Source: Octopus sinensis
Lineage: Eukaryota
Direction: 5' to 3'
NCBI RefSeq assembly: GCF_006345805.1
Contig: NC_043011.1
Span: 49,488,464 to 49,552,463, forward strand
Length of the DNA stretch: 64,000 nt
Made by a program: the position numbers and the translations under genes. Below, in pieces: positions 1-11,904 of this stretch. Numbering within the stretch: the first letter of the stretch is position 1; the number at the start of each line of letters is the position of its first letter. The notes under the pieces were generated by a model. The model saw only the letters and a list, made by a program, of their open reading frames with translations. It did not search any database and was not told the DNA's origin.

Positions 1-85
1 TGGGGTTGATATAATTGACTTAATCCCTGTGTCTGTCCTTGTTTGTCCCTTCTGTGTTTAGCCCCTTGTGGGTAGTAAAGAAATA
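1..85 (+). mobile_element. 3' end of SINE family B, cut by the window edge
   Basis: gtccttgtttgtccc...agccccttgtgggtagtaaagaaata matches the 3' tail of full copies at 2091 and 38722. Confidence 0.75.
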
Positions 86-102
86 GGTGGTGCTTGTGGT
101 GG

Positions 103-294
103 TGGCAGAGGTGGCGACGGCGGTGGTGGTGGCGGTGGTGGTGGTGTGATGACGAAGACTATGCTGCTGCTTTTATACATGATGAAATTGATGATGATGA
201 TGACGATGATGATGATGACCGTATTCGTAATGGAGATTGTTGATGGTGGTAGTGATAATGAGGGGGATGATGAGCATGGTAGTGGTGGTGGTGG

Positions 295-325
<31 letters not shown>

Positions 326-600
326 GGTGGTGGTGGTGCTGGTGGTGGTGCTGGTGGTGGTGGTGGTGGTGGTGCTGGTGGTGGTGGTGGTGATGTTGAT
401 GACGACGATGATGATGATGGAGATTTTGATGGTGGTAGTGGTAGTGGTGGTGGTGATGGTGGTGGGTGGGTGGTGGTGGCGGTGGTGATGATGACGATGA
501 TGATGGAGATTTTGATGGTGGTAGTGGTAGTGGTGGTGGTGGTGATGATGGTGATTCTGATGATGATCATGATAATGATGATGATGATGATGATTGAAAT
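103..600. repeat. (GGT)n/(GAT)n low-complexity tract
   Basis: Direct trinucleotide runs. They account for the poly-G/P/T/H ORFs at 58-835. Confidence 0.9.
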
Positions 601-1069
601 CGTCGAAAGAGGGAAAAAGAAGGAGATAGAAAGAAAGAAAGAGACAGACAGACAGACGGACAGAGAGGGAGAGAGAAAATGAACGATTAACGTACAGCTG
701 AGGAAGTGTGAAAATTTGGTAGAACAATGATACCCTTAAGTGCAGCTGTAAATGTACCCGACGAACTGCATTCGCATCGTTGCATGTTTCGTTACAATTA
801 TATGCAGGTGTTTTCTCCAACAGGAAATGCATCAACGACCTGTTCGTATTGTGTGTGTGGTTGTATCACGTGACACCATTTTATGGAGATGTTTTTTTAT
901 GTACGTGTACGAGAATGCATATGCATATGTGTGTGTAAGTGTGAGAGTATGTATGTGTGTGTGTGTGAGCGTGTGCATGTGTGTATATGTGTATGTATAT
1001 ATCAGTATGTCTACGTAATGATACTGTGGCCTGGAAGATGTGAATGCATGCAAGTTTATGGATATTCAT

Positions 1070-1115
<46 letters not shown>

Positions 1116-1168
1116 TCTACATATGTGTGTGTGTCTATACACACACAAAGGCACATATATGCATGTAC

Positions 1169-1212
<44 letters not shown>

Positions 1213-1559
1213 TTGTGTATGTGTGTGTGTATGTATATATATATACATCAGTATACAAGCATGCACTCATGCTACATGTATACACACATATATATACACA
1301 AACATATATATACATATACATATATAATATCTATGAATACGTATATATATATATATATGTTCGTGAGCGCATATATACGTATATATATGTGTGTGTGAGC
1401 GTGTGTGCATATATACAGACACACACACGCATACATATATACATATATGTACAAGCATGAACACAAAACACACATGTTATAAGTATACACACACACACAC
1501 ACACACGTACAGGTATCTTCACACGTTAGTGATAGAAAGAGGCGAGGGGGAGGGAGAGA

Positions 1560-1591
<32 letters not shown>

Positions 1592-2090
1592 TGAAAACGA
1601 GACTAAACGTGGATGCGTGTATCTGTGTTTGTGTTATGCCTCGAATAACCAAAAGAAGTTTAATACGCCAACCTAATAAACAGCATTTCTCCTTAGACAA
1701 AACGGAATACAGACTCCTTGTGGGGTGAAACTAATAAGGTCTTTTCTCGTGTTGTTTTAACAGAATTACTGGAAATCAGACAGGACCTGCTGCTGAGTTG
1801 TTGATATTCGATCTGTATTCTGAAGCAGCGAGCTGGCAGAATCGTCAAGCAACCGAGGCGTTTTGTTTTACCGGCAGATCGTGCTTAGTGAGTTCAAATT
1901 TTGCAATGACTGACTTTGTCATACGTTGTTTTCTTTTGGGTTTTTCTTTTGGGGGGGGGTGTTATCTTTCAGTCGATTAAATAAGTACCAGTTGAGTACC
2001 TGAGTCGACGTCGTCTAATCACCTTCTCTCTTAATTTTCTGCCCCCCCCTCCCTGTGTCAGAATTTGAAACCGGTATTCGTTTTGTATAT

Positions 2091-2319
2091 GGCGGCGAGC
2101 GCAGAAACGTTAGCACGCCGGGCGAAATGCGTAGCCGTATTTCGTCTGCCGTTACGTTCTGAGTTCAAATTCCGCCGAGGTCGACTTTGCCTTTCATCCT
2201 TTCGGGGTAGATAAATTAAGTACCAGATACGCACTGGGGGTCGATATAATCGACTTAATCCGTTTGTCTGTCCTTGTTTGTCCTCTCTGTGCTTATTCCC
2301 TTGTGGGTAGTAAAAAATA
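2091..2319 (+). mobile_element. tRNA-derived SINE family B, full length, with a 16-bp target-site duplication
   Basis: Head ggcggcgagc..gaaacgttagc, B-box-like gagttcaaattcc and core gaggtcgactttgcctttcatcctttcgggg. GGTATTCGTTTTGTAT flanks it at 2073-2088 and 2320-2335. Confidence 0.9.
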
Positions 2320-2439
2320 GGTATTCGTTTTGTATTTTAACTGTTAGTTATATTCTCATCCTCCTCCCTATCTCTGTCTCTATTTTTTTCTCTGTCTCAC
2401 ACCTTTCCCTCCCCAGCAGCCGCAGTTCTCTGCACACCA

Positions 2440-3068
2440 TCATGTGACCCCGTCCTTGGTTGGAGTGCTGCATAATGAATTATTGTCATTTTCTTTCTTG
2501 ATAACGAATAAGTAAAAACCCCTTATAATCAAAAACGGTGAACCTTTGAGGTGCTCAGTGTTATACACGTGAATAGCAATGAAAGATCTCCATTTTCGTA
2601 GCTTCAAGTATATGGAAGAAGTAGAATAAGCGGGGACAGTTCTGGTCCTCTTGTGTAATAATCGAATGAATACGATCGAGAATACAAACGGCCGAAATGG
2701 GGTTCTGAGGAAGAGTCTTTGGGGCACGTTACTCTATTGAGGACGTAGCCTGGACATCAGAGATATGTTCCTGGTAGGGACTCTTCTTCTCCGAAATGGG
2801 AGATCACAGCTCCGATATTACGGAAATGTTGTAAGAATGCTTCAGGAATTAAACGATAGACAGATTTCACGGGCAAAAATAAATGACAGGAAACCCAGGG
2901 GTAGACCGTAAGCAAGTTGTTAGGATAACATCAATGAGAACGGTTGGTCTCTTTTCGGGTTCAAGCTGAATCAATTGGAGATGGTTGATTGTGACGGGAC
3001 CCGATGGAAGACGGAATCGAGGACTCTTCCTCCATAAGCCTTCCAGGAATTAAGCGAGTTTAGAAGAC
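2440..3068 (+). mobile_element. Decayed RTE-clade LINE, 3' part of the ORF
   Basis: Hand translation gives RSRIQTAEMGF*GRV and QLRYYGNVVRM...RKPRGRP*..DNINE..DGTRWK, resembling the RTE post-RT motifs AEMxFLRR, QLRWFGHVxRM and RPRGRP. In-frame stops are present. Confidence 0.75.
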
Positions 3069-3124
3069 GAGTGGAGATTTACATACGCATATAATCCTCA
3101 CGCATAAGCACATATACCTGTATA

Positions 3125-3510
3125 TATTGGTTTTAAATGTTGGCACAAGGCCAGCAATTTCGGTGCGAGGAGGGAAACGCGATTACATCGACTCCAGTGT
3201 TCCACTGGTACTTATTTTAGTGACCCTGAAAGGATGAGAGACTAAGCCGACCCCAAAGGCTTTTGAACTCAGAACGTAAAGACGAAAGAAATACAGAAAT
3301 GCCCGGCATGTTAACCATCCAGCCATCTCGTTGCCGCCAGGTCTGCATAAATCAGTTTCAAATTTTGGCCCGAGGCCAGTAATATCACGGGAGGGGTAAG
3401 TCCATTACATAGATCCCAGGGTTCAACTGGTACATATTTTATCGAGTCAGAAAGGACGGAAGGCAAAGTCGACCTCGGCGGAATTTTAACTCAGAACACG
3501 AAGACGGACG
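3125..3510 (-). mobile_element. Two stacked, diverged SINE family B variants
   Basis: Two copies of ggcacaaggccagcaatt...aaggatga..aagtcgacctcggcggaattt.aactcagaac, the reverse complement of the family B core. Confidence 0.7.
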
Positions 3511-5239
3511 AAATGCCGTTAAGTACTACGTTGTATATGTATATGCTGATAGACAGATAGGTATGCACACATACACACACACACACACACATACATGCAC
3601 ACACATTAATGTAAATGCATACATTATATATGTAAATATTTCTTTGTGTACATCTGTGTGTGTGATTGTGTGCGTGCGCGTGTAGCGACTTTGTATAAAA
3701 TTCATTCAAGAATTTCTCAAATCCAGAGATTTCTATATTTCTTCATATTGTCATTATGACGTCACAATATCGGAAACGTTTCCTCCAAGGGCTTCATTTC
3801 AAATAATATTCAGTCTCTTGCAACCTTTCGTGGTGATTAGAGGCTAGGGAATGTGTGCGTCAGGGGATGTACCCGGACACCTGAAGACTAGAGTGAAGTC
3901 AGAGTCATCTTCACCTTGTTTTTGATGTTTGTGGGGATACTTTGAGCAAACCCTCACAGGTGTGCCCTCCACACAATTGCTTCCTTATAACTTTCAGGAA
4001 AAAAAGGGATATCTTTCATGGAAATATTTCCATTAATATCTCTCAAATAGCGTACATTACGGCTATATCGGAATTTAATGTGAAAAAAAGAGGTCGTGCA
4101 CACATATTTTCTCACACACTTTCGGATTCTTTTTCAAAATTTCAAGTTCCTTGTGTGTCAATATATATGTGTGTACTTCCGGGAATTTTTCTTTTTCATA
4201 TTATATTCCGATATAATCGTAATCTACAACATCTGAGAGGTATTTGTAGAAAATTTCATAAAAATATACTCTTTTTTTCTGGAGGTTTTCGGGAGACAAA
4301 GTAGGGGATACAGTTGTGTGTGTCTGCTGTTTTATGCACCTTTGAGTTCTTAAACACCCTCTGTAACATGCCGGTTGGTACCATAACATAGTTACAAGGT
4401 GTGTCCGGTATTGTTCCTCTAACCGTATGAACTCTTAACCAGGCAATTTCAGGACAGGAAACCTGGAGGTTCCAATCAGAAACGATACTTCATTCTCAGT
4501 ATATTCACATAGAAGATTTCACTGTAAACAATGTAAAGATGGGTGATTAAAAATCATTCATGAAATATTCCTTTCTACTGTAGGAACAAGGCTCGAAATT
4601 TAGTAGAGTGAGTAGTCGATGATATTGACCTTAAAGCTTGACTAGCACTAATCAACAAACAAAAAAAAATGATCAAGGAAACTATGGAATTCGGTGGAAT
4701 TTGAACTCAGATTTCAGAGGCGGACGAAATGCCGCCGGCGTGCTAACCACACTGCCAATCACCGCACCATGAACATGAATTAATGGTTACTCAACATATA
4801 GTGCACATTTATATGTAGAGAAAAGGGTTATAAACTCGGTAAGTGCTTAAAAAGTTTTCTGCTATTAAAATATTTGATAGTATTTTCTTGATATTTCTAT
4901 TATAATAAAGGCGAAATTCTATCTATGACCACAGTACCTTAGTCAACATTTACTCTACATAGACGTATAATACTTTTTTGAAATAAGAACGATCCCGGAA
5001 TTGAAAATGCAACCTTCATTTTGTTCTTGAACATCCAGTATTGGGATCTGATTCGAAAGCATTTGGGTTGCCGCTTCACGCAGTTAATGCTTTGCAAATT
5101 CACGCCATTTTGGTTGGCGTTTGGTAGCTGACGTCAGAGATGAAGGGCGAGATAAATGATATTCGCTTCGTTCATTTGAAGTCGAGATAAGAATTTTGGG
5201 AAAAATTGACGAACAGTTAGAATTGTCATCCACTAAAGC

Positions 5240-5300
5240 TCTGGGCCGACCGAAACCTTGTGAGTGGATTTGGTAGACGGAAACTGAAAGAAGCCCGTCG

Positions 5301-5333
<33 letters not shown>

Positions 5334-5537
5334 CTGTGTCTGTGTCTGTGTTTTTCTCTCCACCATCGCTTGACAACCGATGGTGGTGTGTTTACATCCC
5401 CGTGACTTAGCGATTCAGCAAAAGTAAACAATAGAATAAGTACTAGGCTTACAAAGAATAAGTTCTCGGGTTGATTTGTTCGACTAAAGGCGGTGCTCCA
5501 GCATGGCCGCAGTCAAATGACTGAAACAGATAAACGA
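5240..5537 (+). mobile_element. SINE family A, 5'-truncated
   Basis: Contains ccttgtgagtggatttggtagacggaaactgaaagaagcccgtcg and ggcggtgctccagcatggccgcagtcaaatgactgaaaca, as in the full copies at 9230 and 14079. Confidence 0.85.
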
Positions 5538-5729
5538 ATATATATATATGCATATGTATATATGTATATGTATGTATGTGTACATATGTGTGTGTATGTT
5601 TATGTATATGTATGTATGTATGTATATACATATATATATATATATATATATTCAAAATGTGACCGCGTGTGTACCGTTGGCAATTTTTTTTTCTCTGTCT
5701 TCCCTTCTCTGGATCTTTCCTTCTTCTGT

Positions 5730-5764
5730 GTTTCCGACGAAGAGCTCCGCTCGAAACGTTAAAC
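5730..5764 (+). ncRNA. Minimal type I hammerhead motif with CCGACGA core, in a (TA)n-flanked element spanning about 5654-5860
   Basis: Stem I GTTT/AAAC; core CCGACGA (5734-5740); A then stem II GAGC-TCC-GCTC; GAAA; palindromic ACGT stem III; triplet GTT. Confidence 0.55.
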
Positions 5765-5857
5765 CCTCCTTCTTTCCTGACCGTCCAATAATACTATATT
5801 GTTCCACGTCCTCGCATTGTTGTGTTTTTTTTTTGTGCTTTCATGTTTGGATTAACC

Positions 5858-5902
<45 letters not shown>

Positions 5903-5906
5903 AATA

Positions 5907-8360
5907 AATTCATTAATAGCGAAACAATTGTCCCAAAATAATCTGTATTTTGTTATTTTTTATTTGCCCTGTCCGTGTGAGCTAACAATCGTACTGACTT
6001 TCATGGGAAACATGTATTTTTAGTGGTTGAAACCTTTTGGATTAACTGGTGCTAGAGTGAGCCATATAGTGACCACTCTCTTATATTTATTTTGTAAAAA
6101 TATTATAATATATTATAAAATATTATAATAATCCAGGTTTCTCGGAGCACTAGGCCACTTGGTGTTGAATGGATATACTATTAAATTAGTATCTAATTCT
6201 CTCACCCTTATTAATTAATTATAATTATGCTGCATTTATTTCTAAATGCTGTATTTGTTTTCCGTGAAAGTTTGGCGCGCTGTTAGTTGGGGCACTTGAA
6301 TTATAACGTCGGATGTAATCAATTGAACCACACGCGTATTTATCGTTATGGTAAAATCTGGCGTGTGATTGAGTGGATTTCATCCAGATAGTTTTGGCCG
6401 ATGAGCTACAAGTGGATTTTTTTGTAAGTAAAATTACATTTAATTCATTAATAGCGAAACAATTGTCCCAAAATAATCTGTATTTTGTTATTTTTTATTT
6501 GCCCTGTCCGTGTGAGCTAACAATCGTACTGACTTTCATGGGAAACATGTATTTTTAGTGGTTGAAACCTTTTGGATTAACTGGTGCTAGAGTGAGCCAT
6601 ATAGTGACCACTCTCTTATATTTATTTTGTAAAAATATTATAATATATTATAAAATATTATAATAATCCAGGTTTCTCGGAGCACTAGGCCACTTGGTGT
6701 TGAATGGATATACTATTAAATTAGTATCTAATTCTCTCACCCTTATTAATTAATTATAATTATGCTGCATTTATTTCTAAATGCTGTATTTGTTTTCCGT
6801 GAAAGTTTGGCGCGCTGTTAGTTGGGGCACTTGAATTATAACGTCGGATGTAATCAATTGAACCACACGCGTATTTATCGTTATGGTAAAATCTGGCGTG
6901 TGATTGAGTGGATTTCATCCAGATAGTTTTGGCCGATGAGCTACAAGTGGATTTTTTTGTAAGTAAAATTACATTTAATTCATTAATAGCGAAACAATTG
7001 TCCCAAAATAATCTGTATTTTGTTATTTTTTATTTGCCCTGTCCGTGTGAGCTAACAATCGTACTGACTTTCATGGGAAACATGTATTTTTAGTGGTTGA
7101 AACCTTTTGGATTAACTGGTGCTAGAGTGAGCCATATAGTGACCACTCTCTTATATTTATTTTGTAAAAATATTATAATATATTATAAAATATTATAATA
7201 ATCCAGGTTTCTCGGAGCACTAGGCCACTTGGTGTTGAATGGATATACTATTAAATTAGTATCTAATTCTCTCACCCTTATTAATTAATTATAATTATGC
7301 TGCATTTATTTCTAAATGCTGTATTTGTTTTCCGTGAAAGTTTGGCGCGCTGTTAGTTGGGGCACTTGAATTATAACGTCGGATGTAATCAATTGAACCA
7401 CACGCGTATTTATCGTTATGGTAAAATCTGGCGTGTGATTGAGTGGATTTCATCCAGATAGTTTTGGCCGATGAGCTACAAGTGGATTTTTTTGTAAGTA
7501 AAATTACATTTAATTCATTAATAGCGAAACAATTGTCCCAAAATAATCTGTACTTTGTTATTTTTTATTTGCCCTGTCCGTGTGAGCTAACAATCGTACT
7601 GACTTTCATGGGAAACATGTATTTTTAGTGGTTGAAACCTTTTGGATTAACTGGTGCTAGAGTGAGCCATATAGTGACCACTCTCTTATATTTATTTTGT
7701 AAAAATATTATAATATATTATAAAATATTATAATAATCCAGGTTTCTCGGAGCACTAGGCCACTTGGTGTTGAATGGATATACTATTAAATTAGTATCTA
7801 ATTCTCTCACCCTTATTAATTAATTATAATTATGCTGCATTTATTCTAAATGCTGTATTTGTTTTCCGTGAAAGTTTGGCGCGCTGTTAGTTGGGGCACT
7901 TGAATTATAACGTCGGATGTAATCAATTGAACCACACGCGTATTTATCGTTATGGTAAAATCTGGCGTGTGATTGAGTGGATTTCATCCAGATAGTTTTG
8001 GCCGATGAGCTACAAGTGGATTTTTTTGTAAGTAAAATTACATTTAATTCATTAATAGCGAAACAATTGTCCCAAAATAATCTGTATTTTGTTATTTTTT
8101 ATTTGCCCTGTCCGTGTGAGCTAACAATCGTACTGACTTTCATGGGAAACATGTATTTTTAGTGGTTGAAACCTTTTGGATTAACTGGTGCTAGAGTGAG
8201 CCATATAGTGACCACTCTCTTATATTTATTTTGTAAAAATATTATAATATATTATAAAATATTATAATAATCCAGGTTTCTCGGAGCACTAGGCCACTTG
8301 GTGTTGAATGGATATACTATTAAATTAGTATCTAATTCTCTCACCCTTATTAATTAATTA
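5907..8360 (+). repeat. 535-bp tandem array, about 4.6 near-identical copies, flanked by (TA)n on both sides
   Basis: The same sequence recurs at 5907, 6442, 6977, 7512 and 8046 (periods 535, 535, 535, 534). The only differences I noticed were T>C at 7553 and a 1-nt deletion near 7843. Confidence 0.97.
6385..6480 (+). ncRNA. Type I hammerhead motif in the 535-bp unit (also at 6920-7015, 7455-7550, 7989-8084)
   Basis: Stem I CAGAT-A-G-TTTTGG / CCAAAA-T-A-ATCTG; core CCGATGA (6398-6404); stem II GCTA/TAGC with a 43-nt loop; GAAA; palindromic ACAATTGT stem III; GTC triplet. Predicted cleavage is after 6467, 7002, 7537 and 8071. Confidence 0.7.
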
Positions 8361-8464
8361 TATATATATATATTATTATATATATATATATATATTTATT
8401 TATTTTATAGAAGGAGCTTCTACAGAACTAGAACTGTTTCATTCAAAAGAAATCATCAGGAAGC

Positions 8465-8513
8465 GCTTCCTGATGATTTCTTTTGAATGAAACAGTTCTA
8501 GTCCTGTAGAAGC
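8465..8513 (+). ncRNA. Type I hammerhead motif (mirror copy on the minus strand at about 8416-8464)
   Basis: GCTTC CTGATGA T-TTC-TTTT-GAA-T GAA ACAG-TTCTAGTC-CTGT A GAAGC. Confidence 0.75.
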
Positions 8514-8792
8514 TCCTTCTATAAAATAAATTAATTTACTCTGCTATGTATTGAGTACCTTGTGTACTGTGGTTAACCCCGACTCAACCCGGGACCTACA
8601 TATCCTAGCACACCCCAGTGCCCTTATAACCATCACCAAGAAAAAATGCTGACAAGAATCGACCTCAACACTTCCTTGAAGAACATTACTATCCCACCAA
8701 GGAAACAGTACCAAAAAGCCCTTATTAGACGGACTGATGAGTTCATCAAAAGAATTCGATGGAGATCGTTCTTTTTCGACCACCCTGATGTA

Positions 8793-8845
8793 GAGCTTCC
8801 TGATGATTTCTTTTGAATGAAACAGTTCTAGTCCTGTAGAAGCTC
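8793..8845 (+). ncRNA. Type I hammerhead motif with canonical core
   Basis: 7-bp stem I GAGCTTC/GAAGCTC; CTGATGA; 3-bp stem II after a T-T mismatch; GAAA; stem III ACAG/CTGT; GTA triplet with cleavage after 8838. Confidence 0.8.
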
Positions 8846-8926
8846 CTTCTATAAAATAAATTAATTTACTCTGCTATGTATTGAGTACCTTATTTACTGT
8901 GGTTAACCCCGACTCAACCCGGGACC

Positions 8927-8972
<46 letters not shown>

Positions 8973-9229
8973 ATATTTGAATTTATGTATGTAGGTATGT
9001 ATATATAAATGGAGTTAAACGCAGTTGTTATTCAAATCTTTTTACTTCCGATATATGTTTGGAAGAAAATATTGGTATTATTCCAGAAGGAATAAAAGGA
9101 TGTGAAACAATGCAATCTTCTAATCAGGAAAAAAAAAGAGAAACAAAACCGAATGTGATTACTGTATGTCTGAGGAAGGGAACGCTGGTGCGTTATTTTA
9201 AAAGAAAGCAGTTAATAGATATAGATATA

Positions 9230-9396
9230 GGCGCAGGAGTGGCTGTGTGGTAAGTAGCTTGCTAACCAGCCACATGGTTCCGGGTTCAGTCCCACTGCGT
9301 GGCATCTTGGGCAAGTGTCTTCTGCTATAGCCCCGGGCCGACCAATGCCTTGTGAGTGGATTTGGTAGACGGAAACTGAAAAAGAAGCCTGTCGTA

Positions 9397-9481
<85 letters not shown>

Positions 9482-9696
9482 TTGTGTGTCTGTGGTTGTC
9501 CCCCTAGCATTGCTTGACAACCGATGCTGGTTTGTTTACGTCCCCGTCACTTAGCGATTCGGCAAAAGAGACCGATAGAATAAGTACTGGGCTTACAAAG
9601 AATAAGTCCCGGAGTCGATTTGCTCGACTGAAGGCGGTGCTCCAGCATGGCCGCAGTCAAATGACTGAAACAAGTAAAAGAGTAAAGAGTAAAGAG
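9230..9696 (+). mobile_element. SINE family A, full length, with an internal (TA)n expansion
   Basis: Head ggcgcaggagtggctgtgtggtaag (A-box-like) and ggttcagtcc (B-box-like); tail (gtaaaaga)n. It recurs more than 10 times in the window. Confidence 0.9.
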
Positions 9697-10030
9697 TATA
9701 ACGTAAAGACAATTTATAGAAAGAGAAGGAGGGGGAAAGAAAGAAATCAGCAGAAAATTAAAAGTGGAGAAATATAGTGCGATAGGTGTATAGGAATTAA
9801 GATTAAAGGCTTGGAAGCAGATATATTTAGTGGAAGTGAAATGTAAGAAGGCAGTTAAAGGTCGAATTTTATAGACTGGTATAAATCACTAATAGGAACT
9901 AAATTTAGTCATTTGTCCTTCTAGCTCTGAGCAAAAATATTCTAGATAAATATATTCCTACCTTAGTTAATAAATTAAAGCTTAATTTATGGTCTAATTC
10001 GTTCCAAGTGGTCGACTGGTTTAATTCTAT

Positions 10031-10417
10031 ATATAGGAGCACTCCGTCGGTTGCGACGATGAGGGTCCCAACTGATACGATCAACGGAACAGCTTGCTCG
10101 TGATATTAACGTACAAGTGGCTGAGCACTCCACAGACACGTGTACCCTTAACGTAGTTCCCGAGGAGATTCAGCGTGACACACAATGTGACAAGGCTGGC
10201 CCTTTGAAATATAGGTACAAGAGAAACAGGAAGAAAGAGCGAGAGAAAGTTGTGGTGAAAGAGTACAGCAGGGTTCACCACCACCCCCTGCCGGAGCTTC
10301 GTGGAGCTTTAGGTATTTTCGCTCAATAAACACTCACAATGCCCGGTTTGGGAATCGAAACCGCGATCCTCCGACCGCGAGTCCGCTGCCCTAACCACTG
10401 GGCCATTGCGCCTCCAC
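10031..10417 (-). mobile_element. SINE family C with a 13-bp target-site duplication
   Basis: Minus-strand head ggaggcgcaatggcccagtggttagggcagcggactc..ggtttcgattccc. GGTTTAATTCTAT occurs at 10018-10030 and 10418-10430. Confidence 0.9.
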
Positions 10418-10659
10418 GGTTTAATTCTATTAATAACAAGAAGTGCACTAAGTTTATCCAGTTTGACATTTCTAGTTTCTGTTCCTCCATCAACCCAATT
10501 TGTACTCAACAAGGCACTCTGGCTCGGACACAACAGAGCAGGTCTCACCAGGGATGAAATTAATGTCGTGTTAGCCGCCAGAAAATCTATTAAATTTGAT
10601 AACAAGCTGTGTGTCCGTAAAGATACGTCCGACAGTTTTGATCGGTAAATATATCCTTT

Positions 10660-10933
10660 GTGGAGGCGCATGTCTAAGTGGTTAGGGTGTCAGCATCATG
10701 ATCGTAAGATCGTGGTTTCGATTCCTGGACTGGGCGACGCGTTGTGTTCTTGAGCAAAACACTTCATTTCACGTTGCTCCAGTCCACTCAGCTGGCACAA
10801 ATGAGTAACGCTGCGATGGACTGGCGCCCCTTCCAACTGGGGGACACATACGCCATAGAAACCGGGAAACCGGACCCTTGAGCCTGGCCAGGCTTTAAAA
10901 TGGGCGCATTTATTAATTTTTTTTTTTATATAT
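10660..10933 (+). mobile_element. tRNA-derived SINE with a family D head and an 11-bp target-site duplication
   Basis: Head ggaggcgcatgtctaagtggttaggg..ggtttcgattcc. ATATATCCTTT occurs at 10649-10659 and 10934-10944. Confidence 0.8.
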
Positions 10934-11904
10934 ATATATCCTTTATGAGAAGGCTGGCCAATTCTCAAACATCAATGGAGGTCTATATCGTGATGATTGT
11001 CTACTCTACATTCAAAATGCTTCTAACCAAAAATTACAAAGGGTTAAAAACAGGTTGGTTAATTTTTTCCGAAACATGGGCTTAAGCAATTTTTTTGATG
11101 ATGGTATAAATAAAGCCAACTTTTTGGATATTACCCTTAACTTACATAATGATTCATATTTCGCATACCATAAATCCTCAACTAATTTAAAATATATTAG
11201 CTTTTTCAGTAATCATTCTAAGGCTATTACAAGGGGTTTTATTAGGAATATTTCACTTAAACTTTTTAGATTATCTGCTAATGTTGATATCTTCAACGAT
11301 AAAGCCGAATTTTATAACGCTGCCTTACTTAAAGCAGGCTATAAAGAAAAAAATTACCTATATCAACCCTATTGACATTAATTATACCTCTATTAATGAG
11401 TACACGAAAACAAGTCATAACGATATTAACAATATAAATTTTAGTTCGAATAACAACACTAAATCGAGTAATGTAATTCGGCAGCGTAAGGGAGACAACC
11501 GTTCTTTAAGACCCATTTTTCGTTATAAATGTACATCGAGGACTTTTAAAGATAATTACCCTAATAACAAGGTATGTCCTAGAGAAACACAGTTTGATAA
11601 TTCCATATGGTAAGCAGATCAAATCCAACTTCACCTATCAGTTTCATGAAGCTATAGAAAACAATTTCCCAAGAAATTCATTCAATTATTAATTCACACT
11701 GAATCAGGATATGGTTTTCAAACACCAAAAGCTTTTCACAAATCATCTCTTCACATAATAATAAGTTGTTAAATACAAATCCACTTAATGACAATAGTAA
11801 TATTTACTGTTGGCAGAATTATCATGGAGCTGTGAGGTATATGATCAAATTGAGGTGGACAGTAATGGGAAGAAAGGCGTGGCAGTAGTAGTGATTTTTG
11901 TTGT

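Larger units (their letters stand above)
8398..8931 (+). mobile_element. Penelope-like element 5' fragment: inverted segment, pLTR-like repeat, ORF start, second pLTR-like repeat
   Basis: A 67-bp palindrome (8398-8464 vs 8465-8531) and a direct repeat of period 330 (8465-8603 vs 8795-8933). ATG at 8646 opens MLTRIDLNTSLKNITIPPRKQYQKALIRRTDEFIKRIRWRSFFF, resembling the PLE N-terminal motif SLKNIPIP...FIKRMRWKAFFF. Confidence 0.75.
9860..11790 (+). mobile_element. Decayed Penelope-like element reverse transcriptase, interrupted by two SINEs
   Basis: Peptides in order: SKNILDKYIPTLVNKLKLNLWSNSFQVVDWFNSI, FIQFDISSFCSSI (motif A), EINVVLAARKSIKF, GLYRDDCL (10980-11003, motif C), NFLDITLNL, SNHS, AALLKAGY, SNTKSFSQIISSHNNKLL. 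Frameshifts and stops are present. Confidence 0.85.

Noticed and set aside
58-835. Long ORFs (170-220 aa) rich in Gly, Pro, His or Thr
   Set aside because: They are translations of (GGT)n/(GAT)n runs open in several frames on both strands. The same applies to the YI/IYLS/RE ORFs throughout the window.
6373-8162. Repeated 61-aa ORF MDFIQIVLADELQ...
   Set aside because: It starts at GTG, has no recognisable domain and recurs only because the unit is repeated. The hammerhead fold explains the sequence better.
5907-8360. CRISPR-like reading of the regular arrays (also the 171-bp and 60-bp repeats)
   Set aside because: There are no unique spacers and no cas genes, and the context is eukaryotic.
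10340-10417. tRNA-like heads of SINE families A-D as tRNA genes
   Set aside because: They have A/B-box-like motifs but no complete cloverleaf, and they continue into SINE bodies with tails and target-site duplications.
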